From the NCBI GenBank assembly GCA_965215015.1, contig OZ244042.1:4928001-4992000 (forward strand): DNA of 64,000 nt, read 5' to 3'. Shown piece after piece: positions 61,998-64,000 of this stretch; within the stretch, counting starts at the first letter, position 1; every line of letters starts with the position of its first letter. The position numbers and the translations under genes are program-made. Below the pieces are notes generated by a model. The model did no database searches and was not told the DNA's origin. It was given only the letters and a program-made list of their open reading frames with translations. This DNA is from Candidatus Poribacteria bacterium (GTDB lineage: Bacteria > Poribacteria > WGA-4E > PCPOR2b).

Positions 61998-63033
61998 GGT
62001 GTCCAACGATGCAATGAACGACCCCGAAGAACTCCAACGCCGGATTGAGGAGGAGGGCTACCTCTTTTTCAGGAAACTGCAAGATCCGGATAAACTATTA
62101 GACTTGCGGCGACAGATGTTGACGGTCATTCAGGAGGGCGGCTGGCTTGTCCCCGGAACCGACCCGATGGAGGGTATTGCTGACATTTCGCATCAATGCA
62201 CCGAGGGGAATGCCGAGTATACCGAGGTCTATCACGAAGTTTATAAGCTGGAAGCCTTTCACCGGGCGGGCCATTGGCCCGAGGTGCTGGATATGATGGA
62301 ACAGGTGATTGGCCAACCGGTGCTGCCCCACCCACAGAAAATTGCCCGCCTGTGGTTCCCGAAGTATACGGAACATACCACGCCGATACACCAAGATTTT
62401 GTCCACTTCCAAGGAAATTTTCAGACCTATACCTGCTGGGCACCTGTTGGGGACTGTCCAATTGAACTGGGCGGACTGGCGTTGTTGCCGGGCTCGCACA
62501 AAGTCAACAAGGTTCTCGAACATCACTTTTCGCTCGGTGCTGGTGCCCAACGTATCGATCCCGACGAAATAGAGGGAGAATGGCACACCACGGACTATGA
62601 AATTGGCGACTCCTTAATCTTTTTGGCGTTGACCATACATCAGGCCCTGCCTAATCTCACTGAGGATAAACTCCGTGTCTCGCTGGATAACCGGTATCAC
62701 GCGCTTGGCGATCCAATTGCGGAGCACATGCTAGCACCGCATCTCAACAGCTCCAGTGAACTTAGCTGGGAGGAGGTCTACAAGGATTGGGAATCGGACG
62801 ACTTAAAGTATTATTGGCAGGATTTAGACCACCCTATCGTTCCAAGAGATCTTAGCTTTGGCGAAAAAGTGTTTGCAGAGGCGTTGGACCTTGCGAGGCA
62901 GGGGGATGCACACGCGATTCTACACCTCAACCGGATTATCAATCGAGATCCGGAAACCGACGCCGCAAAGCAGGCCATGGAGACGTTGCAAGGGGTTGAG
63001 TCGAAGGTAGAGAACGAAGCTGCTGCAGGCTAA
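61972..63033 (+). CDS. PhyH-family dioxygenase
   Basis: 'EEGYLFFR', 'HQD', 'GGLALLPGSH', 'HQALPN', 'RVSLDNRY'. Confidence 0.9.
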   Translation: MATQYKEFRVSNDAMNDPEELQRRIEEEGYLFFRKLQDPDKLLDLRRQMLTVIQEGGWLVPGTDPMEGIADISHQCTEGNAEYTEVYHEVYKLEAFHRAGHWPEVLDMMEQVIGQPVLPHPQKIARLWFPKYTEHTTPIHQDFVHFQGNFQTYTCWAPVGDCPIELGGLALLPGSHKVNKVLEHHFSLGAGAQRIDPDEIEGEWHTTDYEIGDSLIFLALTIHQALPNLTEDKLRVSLDNRYHALGDPIAEHMLAPHLNSSSELSWEEVYKDWESDDLKYYWQDLDHPIVPRDLSFGEKVFAEALDLARQGDAHAILHLNRIINRDPETDAAKQAMETLQGVESKVENEAAAG

Positions 63034-63408
63034 TTATTTTCAGAAAATGGGTTCATTAGTTCATTGAGCTGCTGAACCCTATATATATTGCTTCGCTGGG
63101 ATTATGTTTATGTTAGCTTATTAGATTGGGGGTTGGGTTTCACTGTTCCCCTTCAACCTAACCTGCGTGCTGCACCCCACAGAAACGGCTGGGATATGTC
63201 TATCCAAGTCTTGGACTCTCGGCGAAGTCGGAGCCGATCGGATTTTACAACTAGCAATTTGCGCTAGGATAACGCAAGCAGGTCGAGATTCATATCTGGA
63301 CAAAACACCCGGACTATAGCGTAATATTTCGGGTAGATTGAACCAATCGTGTGGCACAACAGGGGTTGGTATTTCGATTGTGAAAAATTGGCCTACTGAA
63401 GTCACCCG

Positions 63409-63999
63409 CTAGTTGAGTGGAGGGTATTTCTCTGCCCAAGGCGCGAGTGCCTCAAAGGCAGCAGACGCACGTAGTACAGTTACATCGTCACGCCACCGTC
63501 CCACGATTTGGAGTCCGACCGGCAGTCCACCGTGGTCAAAACCACATGGGACGCTTGCTGCCGGTTGACCGGTGATGTTAAACGGATAGGTAAACGCTGT
63601 CCAATTCAGATAGGTTGTCGGTTGACCGTTGATCTGCCCCGGATGATCATCACCAGCAGTAAACGCTGTTACCGGCAGCGTGGGGGTCAGGAGGAGGTCA
63701 TATCGATCCATGAATTGACGCCAAGTGTGGTAGTAGTCATTCCGCCGTGCATAGGCTAGGGCGACTTCTGCCCCCGAAAGCTGAAGCCCTTGCTCTATGA
63801 CCCTCACCAAGCCCGGATCAATCTGATCCCGAACCGCATCCAAGTCGTGGAGATATAAGCCGGCAAATGCGGACGCCCAGATAACATGAACAATGCTCTC
63901 CCACGGATCTTCAAGATCGGGATGGGCTGCCTCAACATGGCAACCGAGTTCACTAAAGCGCAATGACGCTTTTTCAACAATCTCACGGACTTCCGGCTC
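63409..63999 (-). CDS. Amidase (amidase signature family), 5' part outside window
   Basis: 'YDLLLTPT', 'FTYPFNITGQPAASVPCGF..GLPVGLQIVG'. Frame is open to the window end. Confidence 0.9.
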   Translation of the reverse strand, partial: EPEVREIVEKASLRFSELGCHVEAAHPDLEDPWESIVHVIWASAFAGLYLHDLDAVRDQIDPGLVRVIEQGLQLSGAEVALAYARRNDYYHTWRQFMDRYDLLLTPTLPVTAFTAGDDHPGQINGQPTTYLNWTAFTYPFNITGQPAASVPCGFDHGGLPVGLQIVGRWRDDVTVLRASAAFEALAPWAEKYPPLN

Positions 64000-64000
64000 G

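Overview
Bacterial genomic window that looks like Candidatus Poribacteria. This is an inference from the expanded PhyH dioxygenases, the TolB-like proteins ending in a '...WGE(I/M)K' tail and the repeat-dense intergenic DNA. It carries housekeeping and catabolic genes (M16 peptidase, uppS, dppA-type peptidase, FGGY kinase, apt, tRNA-Arg, fused secDF, SucCD-like ligase, pepC, GT9, amidase), and many intergenic gaps are filled with REP/MITE-like repeats. Highlights: (1) A sensor-less sigma54 activator, candidate enhancer sites and a -24/-12 promoter precede a small secreted protein and an array of seven TolB-like beta-propeller genes. Five copies are recombinationally shuffled at predicted top-face residues, four are joined at one fixed TTAA site of a GTAG-hairpin repeat, and the array holds a foreign uppS fragment. 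(2) A second module of the same design encodes a peptide with symmetric C-x6-C-x10-C-x14-C-x10-C-x6-C spacing. (3) A PrdB/GrdB-like selenoprotein (UxxC plus SECIS) is truncated by the ORF track. (4) DarT and the DarG macrodomain are fused in one ORF. All calls are from reading the sequence; no searches were run.
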